Part shown: piece by piece, positions 28,231 through 37,493 of the stretch
Layout of the letters: every line of letters begins with the position of its first letter
Numbering within the stretch: the stretch's first letter is position 1
Assembly (NCBI GenBank): GCA_938084645.1
Contig: CALKEP010000018.1
Span: forward strand, 1 to 41,301
DNA: 41,301 nt
Source: an uncultured Phycisphaerales bacterium
GTDB taxonomy: Bacteria; Planctomycetota; Phycisphaerae; Phycisphaerales; SM1A02
Reading direction: 5' to 3'
Program-made: the position numbers and the translations under genes
Notes under the pieces: model-generated
Seen by the model: the letters and a program-made list of their open reading frames with translations, nothing else
Databases searched by the model: none
What the model was told of the DNA's origin: nothing

Positions 28231-30913
28231 GCCGATCCTCGCGGTGCTGCTCTCCTGTTCCCTCCTCGCGTGCTTCGATCGAGCGGCGACCGCGCAGGAT
28301 CGCGCCGCCTCGTGGCTCGAGGCGCGGGGGATGTACGAACTCCTCCAGATCCATCTGGAGCAGGCGCGGGCCGAGGCGGTGGACGATCCCGCACTGCGAG
28401 CCCGCACCGCGTCCCGGCTCGCCGGCGTCTACGCCTCGCTGATCGAACGAAGCACCGACGACGAGGCCCGCGCGGTCCTGGTGGCGAAGGCCCGACGACT
28501 GCTCGCCGACGATTCGATCGAGGATGCCGAAGCGCTGCGGCTGGCCCTGCTGCGGACTCGATACCAGGCCGCGTCCGGGACGATCGAACGAGGTCGCGTG
28601 GATCTCGCCGAGCCGGCGGAGACCGTCGCCGCGGAACGCGAACTCGACGAGCTCGCGCGGGATCTCGTCGGGCTTCGGGAATCGCTGGAGGACACGATCA
28701 AGCGTCGCGATCGCGGGCTCGACCGGGCCCGAGGGATGCGTGTGGTGAGACTCGACGAGGAGATCACCGCGGCCCGGAGGATGCTCGTCGCCGCATCCCT
28801 GCTCGAAGGGTGGTCCCTCTACTACGCGGGCCGGGCGTTCGACGACCGGAGCCGGCTCGATCGCGCCCAACTCGCCTTCGGTCGCGTGCTGGACGGTGAC
28901 GAGGTGGTGCCGGGTCCGGACGACGTCTCCGTCGACCGCCAGGAATTCGAGTACTTCGCGAGTGCGATCCTCGGGATGGCGATGAGCAGCGCGGAACTGG
29001 TCTCCCACCTCGGGGCGGGCCCGTGGTTTGCGCGACTGGAACTGCCGCGGACCCACCCGGGCATCCTGCAGGCGACGCCCGGCTGGCGACTCGCCTCGGC
29101 GATCGACGCCGGCGCCTTCGAGACCGCCGAGACCCTGCTTCGGTCGATGATCGAAGCGGCCGACGGCGGATCGAATCCCGAGGCCCTGCCCACCGCGTGG
29201 CTCCGGTTGGCCGCGGTCGGCGGACTTCGGGGGGCGGAGGAGATGACCTCGGGACTCGCGCCGCAGGCCAGTCGGCTCGCGGAGCTCGCCCTGGCCACGC
29301 TGGCGGCGCGGAGCGAACTGGCCCAGGTCGTCGACCTGGTGGAAAGGTACGGACTCGAGGCGGTGGGCCGCGACGGATTCGCCTTCCGGTACGTCCGGGG
29401 CGTCGGGCACTACCGCACCGCGGTCGATGCCAAGGCCGCGGGGCGGGCGGGCGAGGCCGCGGCGGAGTTCGCGCTCGCGGTCGCCGAACTCGCCGCCGCC
29501 GGCGGGGAGGACGATGCGGTCCGATTCCCCGAGGCGCGGGCGGCGTGTCTCACGCTGACGGGCTGGAGCCTGCTCGAACTCGACCGGGCCGCCGATGCCG
29601 CGGACGCCTTCGAGGCCGCCGCGGACGGAATCGGCGGCGTGCGACGGGCGGACGCGATGTGGGGCGCGATCGTGTCGCTCGATCGACTGGTGGCGGCGGG
29701 GGGTGCGGAGGCCGCGGATGCGCAGACCCGTCGCGACGCGATCATCGAACGATTCCTCGACACCTACCCCGCCGACGATCGCGCGCCGTCGCTGGTGGTT
29801 CGACGGATCACCGGCGAGGAGGACCCCTCCGCCGGCGACATCGACACCCTGCTCGCGATTCCGCCGGACCATCCGACCTGGGAGATCGCTCGACGCCGGG
29901 CCGCCCAGGCGATCTATCGACGCTTCCGCGAAGTGGAGGCGGACGAGCGCGGTGAGTTCGGAAGACGTTTTCTCGACATCGCGGACGAACTTCTGCAACG
30001 CGATCGAAGCGGTGACGGCATGTTCGTCGATCTTCGCGGGGCGGACGGGGTCCTGCTGCGGCAGGCTGCGGAGGTCGCCTCGCACGAGGAGGTCGGTGAC
30101 CGCGACCGCGGGGCGGGCTACATCTCGAGGATCGAACTCGCGCTGGAGCGTGGCGGATTCGAGAACCACCCCGACCTTCCCAACGAACTCGCCTACCGGC
30201 GGATCGGCCTCGCGATCTCCGACGGCGATTTCCTCGGGGCGGCGATGATCCTCGAGGACGTTCCGGTGGTTCCGGATGCGCCGGAGGCGATCCGATGGTC
30301 GCGACTGTCCGCGCAACGGTTGCATCGGGCCGCCTTTCGCGAGATGCGAGACGGCGAAGCCGCGATGCAGGTGGTCCGTGCGGCGGTCCTCGCCGGTGAC
30401 CGCTTCATCGAGATCGTCGGTGGCGAGGGGACGCCGATCGACGAAGCGCTCGAGATTCCCACGCTGCTTCCGGTCGCGGCGAGCGTGGCGGCGGGACGCC
30501 AGGCGATCTATCGCGCGGACGACGACGAGACCGTCGGCCGCGAGGCGTTCGACCTGTATCGGGCGATCCTCGAGAAGCGTCCCCGTGACGGATCGATCCT
30601 CGAGGCGACCGCCGAACTCGCGACGAGCCTCGGCGATGCGGAGTTCGCGCTGGCATGCTGGAGACGATTGGGGAGTGCCGCACCCAAGGGATCGGAGATC
30701 TGGTGGCGGGCGCGATGCGGTCTGATCGGGATGCTCGCGGAGACCGATCCGAGCCGTGCGGCGCAGGTGCTCGAACAGGTCCGCGTCCTGCACCCCGACT
30801 TCGGGCCGGAACCGTGGCGATCGCGTCTGCAGGCGCTCGACGTCGACATCTCGATCCGGCTCGATGCCGGTGTCCCCGATGCCGATTCCACCGACGGGGA
30901 GACGACGCCTTGA
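28211..30913 (+). CDS. Large exported alpha-helical / TPR-like protein (900 aa)
   Basis: Signal peptide-like N-terminus. Ala/Leu/Arg-rich helical repeats such as GWSLLELDRAADAADAFE and ELATSLGDAEFALACWRRL. Overlaps both neighbours. Confidence 0.75.
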   Translation: MSRPRIEPILAVLLSCSLLACFDRAATAQDRAASWLEARGMYELLQIHLEQARAEAVDDPALRARTASRLAGVYASLIERSTDDEARAVLVAKARRLLADDSIEDAEALRLALLRTRYQAASGTIERGRVDLAEPAETVAAERELDELARDLVGLRESLEDTIKRRDRGLDRARGMRVVRLDEEITAARRMLVAASLLEGWSLYYAGRAFDDRSRLDRAQLAFGRVLDGDEVVPGPDDVSVDRQEFEYFASAILGMAMSSAELVSHLGAGPWFARLELPRTHPGILQATPGWRLASAIDAGAFETAETLLRSMIEAADGGSNPEALPTAWLRLAAVGGLRGAEEMTSGLAPQASRLAELALATLAARSELAQVVDLVERYGLEAVGRDGFAFRYVRGVGHYRTAVDAKAAGRAGEAAAEFALAVAELAAAGGEDDAVRFPEARAACLTLTGWSLLELDRAADAADAFEAAADGIGGVRRADAMWGAIVSLDRLVAAGGAEAADAQTRRDAIIERFLDTYPADDRAPSLVVRRITGEEDPSAGDIDTLLAIPPDHPTWEIARRRAAQAIYRRFREVEADERGEFGRRFLDIADELLQRDRSGDGMFVDLRGADGVLLRQAAEVASHEEVGDRDRGAGYISRIELALERGGFENHPDLPNELAYRRIGLAISDGDFLGAAMILEDVPVVPDAPEAIRWSRLSAQRLHRAAFREMRDGEAAMQVVRAAVLAGDRFIEIVGGEGTPIDEALEIPTLLPVAASVAAGRQAIYRADDDETVGREAFDLYRAILEKRPRDGSILEATAELATSLGDAEFALACWRRLGSAAPKGSEIWWRARCGLIGMLAETDPSRAAQVLEQVRVLHPDFGPEPWRSRLQALDVDISIRLDAGVPDADSTDGETTP

Positions 30914-33900
30914 CGCCGATCCGTCCGAGACGCCCCGGATCGGATCCGGTCGCCGAGTTGCTGGGCGCGAGCCGGGCCGCCGGCCCACGGAGCCTGCTCG
31001 GCCTCGGGTCGGGTCCGATCGACGCCGATGTGTTGGAGGCGGCGCTTCGAACCCGCAAGCGTGCCGTCCGCGGGCAGGCGGATCGATTTCCGACGCCGGC
31101 GGTCGAGGAGGCGTGTCGCATCCTCGACGCCGCGGCCGCCGCATTGCGGGAGGTCGGCGATTCCAACGCGAAGCTGCCGCCGGTCCGATCCGAGGCGCCC
31201 GTCTCTCCGGCACCGATGCCGGACGGGCCGATCGCGACCCGACCGAAGGAGGATGAGGCGAGTGGAACGTCGTCCGGCAACCGACCTCGCACGCCGGTGA
31301 AGCCGACGGCCCGGGTCTCGGAGGCGAATCTCACCCCGTTCGACCGGCTCGTGCTCTCGGTCCTGGTCGCGGGCGGTGGATGGAATTCACGGACGCGGAC
31401 CATCGTCGCTGGACTCGCCGCGCAGGTCGGACTCGACGCGGACAAGCTCGCCCGGGTCGTCGAAGGGCTCGCGGGATTCATGCGAGACCACGGATCGGCC
31501 GGCACGATCGGGGAGACCGCGTTGGTGGCGTCGCCCAGACCGGCGCCGCCCGGTCGCGTGGAGGCTGCCATGGTGCGGGTGAGCGACGGCATCACGCGCG
31601 AGTTCCGAGGCGAGTCCTCGGGATCGAGGATCCGGCTCGCGTTCATCTTCGGCGGACTGGCCGCGTTCTTCGGGGCGATCCTGATCATCGCCTTGACCGC
31701 GCCCTCGCCCGAGGTCCGCGACATCGAGCAGCGTCGTCTCGCGGCGGAAGAGGCGATCGCCGAGCGTGAAGCGGCGGACGCGGCGGCGGCGCTGGATCCG
31801 GAGCATCGGGTGACCCCGAGCGTCCGGGCGGGCGTGGTCCGCCCCGCTCGATTCGCCCGACCGCCGATGTTCCGCGGGGAACGGCGGCCCGACGCCGCGG
31901 TGTTCCAGCTCGAACGCGTTCCGGTGATGCTGGAGGAGGCGTCGCAGCTGGCCCGGCAGCTCGAACTCGATCCATCCACGTTGTCGGCGCGACGCGCATC
32001 GGCATGGGACGACGTGATCGCGACCGGGGCCGGCACCTGGCCGCTCATGACCCCGGACGATCGGCGTCGTTACGTGACCGCGATCCTCGAGGTCCTGGAG
32101 CAGGCCGTGGATGCGACGGTCGCGGACCGGTTGTCGCTCGCCTTCGCCGTCGATCCGGAGGCGGGCATCGCCGATCCGATCGAAGTCTGGTACCGGGCTT
32201 TCCACGCCGGACTGCTTGGACTGGCCGCCTCGAATCCGAGTCTGCCCGAGACGGTGCGTGATCCCGCGCGAGCGAGGCTCGAGACGATCCTCGCGGGATC
32301 CACGGGTCGAAACGTCCGGGGTGGTCCGTTCGCGGCGCTCGCCGGTCGGGCCCTCGATCGCATGACGGTCCCCCTTGCGGGGATGATCGGTGTGGTGGAC
32401 GACGTGGTGGTGCGCGACGCGTGGGAACGCTGGTTCGACGCGATCGACGCGATTCGAAACGACGCCCGGCGCCAGGCGGGGATCCTGCTCGCGGTCGAGA
32501 CCGTGCTTCGCCGGAGCACGGGACTCGCGAATCAGGGCATGTCGTCGGACCTCCTCGGCCGGCTGCTCCTCGAGATCGACTGGACCGCGGCGGGTCCCGA
32601 CCCGGAGGGCGTCCGGGACGCCTACGGAACCTGGATGCTCGACGCGTCGATTCCCGCGGGCAATCTCTGGGTGCTCGGCAGCCTCCTTGAAGGGGCGGGC
32701 CGCGCGGGTTGGTTCCGGCCCGAGTTCGTCCCCGATCCCGAACGCGGCATGCCCGACCGACGGCGTGTGCAGGGTCTGGCCGACGACGTGTGGCCCGACG
32801 CGACCGGTGCTTCGCCGCGCGGCAACCTGCTGTTGATCGAACCCGGGCTGCTCGCGTCGTACGATCTCGCCTTCGTCGAGGTGGAATCGATGATCGAACG
32901 GGCGACGTCGCCGACCGAACGACTGCTCGCCCTGCTCGCGGCGGAACGACTGGCGATGGCCGGTGCCCTGATGGCGGCCGAACGCCCGGAGGAGGCCCGG
33001 GCGCTGCTGGAGCGCTCGGGTTCCGACGAGCCCGGCGTCGATCTCGATCCGATTCCAAGACCTCGTCGGATGGGTACCGACGGGGAGTGGGCGGATGCGT
33101 GGCGACGCGCGGGTTCCGACCAGCAGGCTCGCCGCGACCTGATCGCGGCGCTCCGAAGGAACGTGGTGGCGGGGGACCTGGGTCCGCGGGACGCCGCGGT
33201 CTTCGTCGAGGCGGTGTGGCGCGGGCCGCTCGCGATCCGGGAGGCGGCGCAGGCGGCGGCGGTCGAACTCTTCAATCGCGGGCCGGTGGTCGCCGTCGAA
33301 CTGCTCGACACCTCCGACCGAGCCTCCCGCAACGAGGCGACGCTCGGCTTCATCGAGGCCTACACCGGAGCCTCGTTGCCCGGCCGCGGGATGGCGGAGG
33401 CCGAGTCGCGGATCCGGTCGGCGCTCGCCACGCATGCGATCGCCCTGCTCGACCCCGAACGCGAGCCGCTCGACCGGCTGACCGACCTCGTGCTCCGATC
33501 GATCGCGGAACGCGGTCGGATCCGACGGGGCGACGCCGACGCCCCGGTGACGGGCCCGACGGCCGCCGCGACCGCGGACGCGGCACGCGAGGTCGCGAGC
33601 GGGCTCTTCCTCGCCGCGTCGCCGACCGTGCAGATCGAGGAGATCGATCGTCGTCGCGTCGCGCGTCGCGGGCTGGTGCGGAACGGGATCCAGGGACTGG
33701 TCGCCGAACACGTCGCCGAACTCGAATTCCTCGGCTTCGTGGTCGAGGCCGAGGTCCCGTCGAAACGTGCCGAGGTCGCCGCCCTGCTCGCGTCCGCGGC
33801 CCTCGCTCGCAGCCTCGCGCCGAGCGTGCTCGAACAGGCGGCGTTGGAGGCGGTCGCGATCGCCGGCATGGATCGGCTGCGTTTCATCGCCCGTGACATC

Positions 33901-33924
33901 GACCCCCTGGGAGAACCCGGATGA
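30910..33924 (+). CDS. Large single-pass membrane protein (~1004 aa) with J-domain-like N-terminus
   Basis: TTG start overlaps the previous stop (TTGA). TM IRLAFIFGGLAAFFGAILIIALTAP near residue 240, then a long helical C-terminal region. Stop overlaps the next ATG. Confidence 0.75.
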   Translation: MTPIRPRRPGSDPVAELLGASRAAGPRSLLGLGSGPIDADVLEAALRTRKRAVRGQADRFPTPAVEEACRILDAAAAALREVGDSNAKLPPVRSEAPVSPAPMPDGPIATRPKEDEASGTSSGNRPRTPVKPTARVSEANLTPFDRLVLSVLVAGGGWNSRTRTIVAGLAAQVGLDADKLARVVEGLAGFMRDHGSAGTIGETALVASPRPAPPGRVEAAMVRVSDGITREFRGESSGSRIRLAFIFGGLAAFFGAILIIALTAPSPEVRDIEQRRLAAEEAIAEREAADAAAALDPEHRVTPSVRAGVVRPARFARPPMFRGERRPDAAVFQLERVPVMLEEASQLARQLELDPSTLSARRASAWDDVIATGAGTWPLMTPDDRRRYVTAILEVLEQAVDATVADRLSLAFAVDPEAGIADPIEVWYRAFHAGLLGLAASNPSLPETVRDPARARLETILAGSTGRNVRGGPFAALAGRALDRMTVPLAGMIGVVDDVVVRDAWERWFDAIDAIRNDARRQAGILLAVETVLRRSTGLANQGMSSDLLGRLLLEIDWTAAGPDPEGVRDAYGTWMLDASIPAGNLWVLGSLLEGAGRAGWFRPEFVPDPERGMPDRRRVQGLADDVWPDATGASPRGNLLLIEPGLLASYDLAFVEVESMIERATSPTERLLALLAAERLAMAGALMAAERPEEARALLERSGSDEPGVDLDPIPRPRRMGTDGEWADAWRRAGSDQQARRDLIAALRRNVVAGDLGPRDAAVFVEAVWRGPLAIREAAQAAAVELFNRGPVVAVELLDTSDRASRNEATLGFIEAYTGASLPGRGMAEAESRIRSALATHAIALLDPEREPLDRLTDLVLRSIAERGRIRRGDADAPVTGPTAAATADAAREVASGLFLAASPTVQIEEIDRRRVARRGLVRNGIQGLVAEHVAELEFLGFVVEAEVPSKRAEVAALLASAALARSLAPSVLEQAALEAVAIAGMDRLRFIARDIDPLGEPG

Positions 33925-34688
33925 TGATGCATCGCGTTCCACTCGGAATCCTGCTCCTGCTCGCGACCTCGGTGCTGCTGGCCGCGGCGATGCCGGTCGA
34001 GATCGACTGGGAGCCTCGGCTCGAGGCGCTCGATCCGCGGAATCCGATGTCCTACTTCGAACTCGGGGAGGAGATCGCGGACGCCGCGGATTCGCCCGAG
34101 TCCCGGGAGCTCGCCCGTCGGCTCTTCGGCATCGCCGGGCGGATCGATCGCGAGGCGCTCGGGGCGTCGGCCGCGCTCGCCCTCGCCACCCTCGCCCCCG
34201 ATCGCCGGACCGCGGCGCGGCTCCGGGCCGTGGCCGCGATGCAGGACGGGCGCCGTGGATCGGTCGGTTCGCTGCCGGAACGACCACGGGTCGATACGAC
34301 CACGGCGATGGCGGTGAGCGAGGCGTTCGGGGGATTCCGAACCGGCCGGACCTCGAAACTCCGCGACCTGCTCGACGATCCCGAGGGAATCCGCTTGCTC
34401 GAACAGTGGGACGAGACCCTTCCGGGCGGCGTCGCCTGGCTCACGGAGAGGTCGAGACGATCGGCGCGGAGTCGCCCGGATCTCAGCGAGTCCGAAGTGC
34501 TCGCGATGCTCCGGGTCGAGGTGGGGCTGCTGCACGCGCAGAAGCCGACCTGGTCCAGCGTGCTGGATCTCGACGGTGACGAGCCGCTGCTCGAGATCCC
34601 GATCGAGAACATCGACGAGATGATTCTCGACGGCGAACTCCTGCCGTATCGACGAAACGGACGATGGGTGGCGTCGCCGGACGGTTGA
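33921..34688 (+). CDS. Exported hypothetical protein (255 aa)
   Basis: Signal peptide (HRVPLGILLLLATSVLLAAA); ATGA overlap with the upstream gene; last gene of the operon. Confidence 0.75.
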   Translation: MMMHRVPLGILLLLATSVLLAAAMPVEIDWEPRLEALDPRNPMSYFELGEEIADAADSPESRELARRLFGIAGRIDREALGASAALALATLAPDRRTAARLRAVAAMQDGRRGSVGSLPERPRVDTTTAMAVSEAFGGFRTGRTSKLRDLLDDPEGIRLLEQWDETLPGGVAWLTERSRRSARSRPDLSESEVLAMLRVEVGLLHAQKPTWSSVLDLDGDEPLLEIPIENIDEMILDGELLPYRRNGRWVASPDG

Positions 34689-34694
34689 GTGCGA

Positions 34695-36185
34695 TCAGGA
34701 TTGGTACGCGGGCCACTCGACGGTCGCGATCGCGGCCGCGTAGTGGCGGTGCCGGCCGACGCTGCTCGTGTAGAGCGGTCGGCAGACCTGGTCGTTGCTG
34801 AGGGTGCGGAGCGGCCGGCCGGTCGTGTGGAAGTCGAGGCACGCATCGTTCCACGGCAGTTCGATGAAGTCGATGATCCGACGGAACTCCGTGTCCGGGT
34901 CGGCGACGAGTCGCTCGTACCGGACTTCCAGGATCGGCACGTCGAGCACCGCATGCCAGTGCCGCATCAGCCGCTCCATGGCGGACCAGACGGTCGCGAC
35001 CCAGTCCAGACGCGTGGTCCACGGCATGACCGCGGGTCGGAACTCGCCCATCACGCAGGAGATCGCGACGTCGCGGGGATCGCGCACGACGTGGATCACC
35101 CGGCAGTCGGGCAGCAGTCGGGATGCGAGCCCGAGAAGATTCACGTTCGAAAGCGACTTGTTGACGATCCGCTGCGCTCCGGGGTGCATCGACTCGAGGT
35201 GGTCGACGTACCGTTCGCCTTCGTCCCGCCATTGCGCTGACTGGAGATCTCCGAAGCACTCCGGCGGCGGCTTCGAGGGATCGGTGGCCTGCTGCAGCTT
35301 CGCGGCGAATCGTTCGAGGCCGGTGAATTCGCCGGCGCCGGCGGCGTCGGGGTGGGCGTCGATGATCCGGTCGACCAGGCTGGTGCCGCTCCTCGGCATG
35401 CCGCTCACCAGCACCGGCAGTTCGCTCGGGAATCCGGTGGGGAACCGCTCGAGTCGGTCGCGACCGTTCCGCTCGATCATCCGGTCGATGTCGCGGTCGT
35501 ACAGGCCGGGACTGAAATCGACGCGTTCGAGGGCGTTGAACGCCTCGGCGTCGGCGAAGGCCTCGTCGAACCGTCCGAGATGATCGAGGATCCTGGCGCG
35601 GAGCGCGAGCGCGGCCTTCCGTTCTGGCGGGGAGGCGGCCGGCGTGATGACTTCGGCGTCGAGATGGTCGAGCGCCGACTGGTGATCGCCCCGCCGGGTG
35701 CGGATGGCGGCGACGGTGTAGCCGAGGCGCCGTCCGAGTCCCGCATCGTCCGGTGGGGCGTCCCGCAATGGCGTGATGGTCGCCTCGGCGTCGTCGATGC
35801 GACCGGCTTCGAGCAGGATCGCGGCGTGCATGAGCCGGGCGTTCGCATCCGCCGGATCGATCTCCACGGCGCGGGCCGCCTCCGCCCGGGCGGGTTCGAC
35901 GTCCCCCTGTCGGAGATGGAACTGGGCGAGGATCAGGTGGCCGTCCGAATGCGATTCGATCCGGAGCGACTTCTCGGCGAGCGACTTCATGTCCGCGGGT
36001 CGTCCTTCCAGTTCCGCGATTCGAGCGCGAAGTCGCAGGCCCTCCGCATCCCTGGAGGGCGACGGCAGTCCACGGCGGAGGAGGGTCTCGGCCTCGGCGG
36101 GGCGACCTGCATCGACGAGCCCCCGCGCCTGGGCGAGCACCCGGGCGCGATCGGAGGTCGGGCCGCGTTTCTTGGATCCGCCCAT
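34695..36185 (-). CDS. TPR-repeat PAPS-dependent sulfotransferase
   Basis: N-terminal TPRs, 5'-PSB loop GMPRSGTSL, 3'-PB HVVRDPRDVAISC, VRYERLVADP, QVCRPLYTSSVGR. Confidence 0.92.
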   Translation of the reverse strand: MGGSKKRGPTSDRARVLAQARGLVDAGRPAEAETLLRRGLPSPSRDAEGLRLRARIAELEGRPADMKSLAEKSLRIESHSDGHLILAQFHLRQGDVEPARAEAARAVEIDPADANARLMHAAILLEAGRIDDAEATITPLRDAPPDDAGLGRRLGYTVAAIRTRRGDHQSALDHLDAEVITPAASPPERKAALALRARILDHLGRFDEAFADAEAFNALERVDFSPGLYDRDIDRMIERNGRDRLERFPTGFPSELPVLVSGMPRSGTSLVDRIIDAHPDAAGAGEFTGLERFAAKLQQATDPSKPPPECFGDLQSAQWRDEGERYVDHLESMHPGAQRIVNKSLSNVNLLGLASRLLPDCRVIHVVRDPRDVAISCVMGEFRPAVMPWTTRLDWVATVWSAMERLMRHWHAVLDVPILEVRYERLVADPDTEFRRIIDFIELPWNDACLDFHTTGRPLRTLSNDQVCRPLYTSSVGRHRHYAAAIATVEWPAYQS

Positions 36186-36208
36186 GGCGTGGTTCCGGGG
36201 GCCGGTCG

Positions 36209-37435
36209 TCAGACCTGGTCGAGGCCGCGTTCGAGATCGGCGATGAGGTCGTCCGCGTCCTCGATGCCGACGGACAGTCGGACCAGGCTGTCGCTGATCC
36301 CGAGCGCCGCCCGCTGGTCGGCGGGGACCGAGGCGTGGGTCATGATCGCCGGATGTTCGATGAGGCTCTCGACCCCGCCGAGACTTTCGGCCAGCGCGAA
36401 GAGGTGGACGGTCTCGAGGAAACGACGGCTCTCGTCGATGCCACCCTTGAGGAAGATCGTGATCATCCCGCCGAACGCGGGGGTTCCGTGCAGGGCCATC
36501 TGTCGGGCCGCGACCTCGTGATGCGGGTGCGAGGGGAGGCCGGGATAGACCACGCGGTCGACCTTGGGATGGGCCTCGAGCCAGGCGGCGATCCGCATGC
36601 CGGTCTCGCAGTGCCGGGCCATTCGAAGGGCGAGGGTCTTCACGCCGCGCAGGGCGAGGTACGAGTCGAAGGGACCCATGATCGAGCCGACCGAGTTCTG
36701 CAGGTAGCGGACGCGTTCGGCGAGTTCGGGCGTGCCGACCACGAGGGCGCCGCCGACCACGTCGGAGTGACCACCGAGGTACTTGGTGACCGAGTGGAGG
36801 ACGATGTCCGCACCGAGTTCGAGCGGCCGCTGGAGCGCGGGCGTCGCGAAAGTGTTGTCGACCACGGTGAGGGCGCCGTGTCGGGTGGCGATCTTCGAGA
36901 TCGCGGCGATGTCCGAGACCTTCAGGGTCGGGTTGGTCGGAGTCTCGAGCCAGACCATCGCGGGTCCGGCGTCGGGCCCGAGTTCGGCGAGGGCGGCCTC
37001 GACGTTCGCCGGGTCCGTGGTGTCGACGTACTTGACGTCGAGTCCCTGGGTCCGGGCCCGGACCCCGGAGAGCAGCCGATAGGTTCCGCCGTAGAGGTCG
37101 TCACCCGCGATCACGGTTCCACCGGCATCGAGCAGCTCGAGACAGGTGCCCGCCGCCGCGAGTCCGGAGGCGAAGGCGAATCCGCCGTGCGAGGCGTCGT
37201 CGGCCTCGGTCAGACCGCTGCCTTCGAGGGAGGCGAGCGCCCGCTCGAAGCTGTAGCGGGTGAGGTTGTGACTCCGGGAGTATTCGAAGCCCTTGTGGAT
37301 GCCGGGCGATTCCTGGGCGTAGGTGCTCGACGTGTAGATGGGCGGCATCACGGCGCCGGTCACGGCGCAGTTGGCCTGGCCGCCGTGGATGCATCGGGAG
37401 TCGAAGTGAAGGCCGGTGTCGTCGTGGTTGGTCAT
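36209..37435 (-). CDS. Cystathionine gamma-lyase/gamma-synthase (Cys/Met PLP family)
   Basis: PPIYTSSTY, YSRSHN, DLYGGT, ETPTNP, DNTFATP, HSVTKYLGGHSD (PLP Lys), AESLGGVESL, RLSVGIE. Pairing with cbs suggests the lyase. Confidence 0.93.
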   Translation of the reverse strand: MTNHDDTGLHFDSRCIHGGQANCAVTGAVMPPIYTSSTYAQESPGIHKGFEYSRSHNLTRYSFERALASLEGSGLTEADDASHGGFAFASGLAAAGTCLELLDAGGTVIAGDDLYGGTYRLLSGVRARTQGLDVKYVDTTDPANVEAALAELGPDAGPAMVWLETPTNPTLKVSDIAAISKIATRHGALTVVDNTFATPALQRPLELGADIVLHSVTKYLGGHSDVVGGALVVGTPELAERVRYLQNSVGSIMGPFDSYLALRGVKTLALRMARHCETGMRIAAWLEAHPKVDRVVYPGLPSHPHHEVAARQMALHGTPAFGGMITIFLKGGIDESRRFLETVHLFALAESLGGVESLIEHPAIMTHASVPADQRAALGISDSLVRLSVGIEDADDLIADLERGLDQV

Positions 37436-37493
37436 GGTCTGGAGGGCTTGTACGGGGTGGGGGGGAGGTTCGGTTGGGACGCGGTCGTCGGAT

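Noticed and set aside
28124..34287. Long minus-strand ORFs of 1029, 547 and 966 aa
   Set aside because: Arg/Pro-rich shadows opposite a translationally coupled plus-strand operon.
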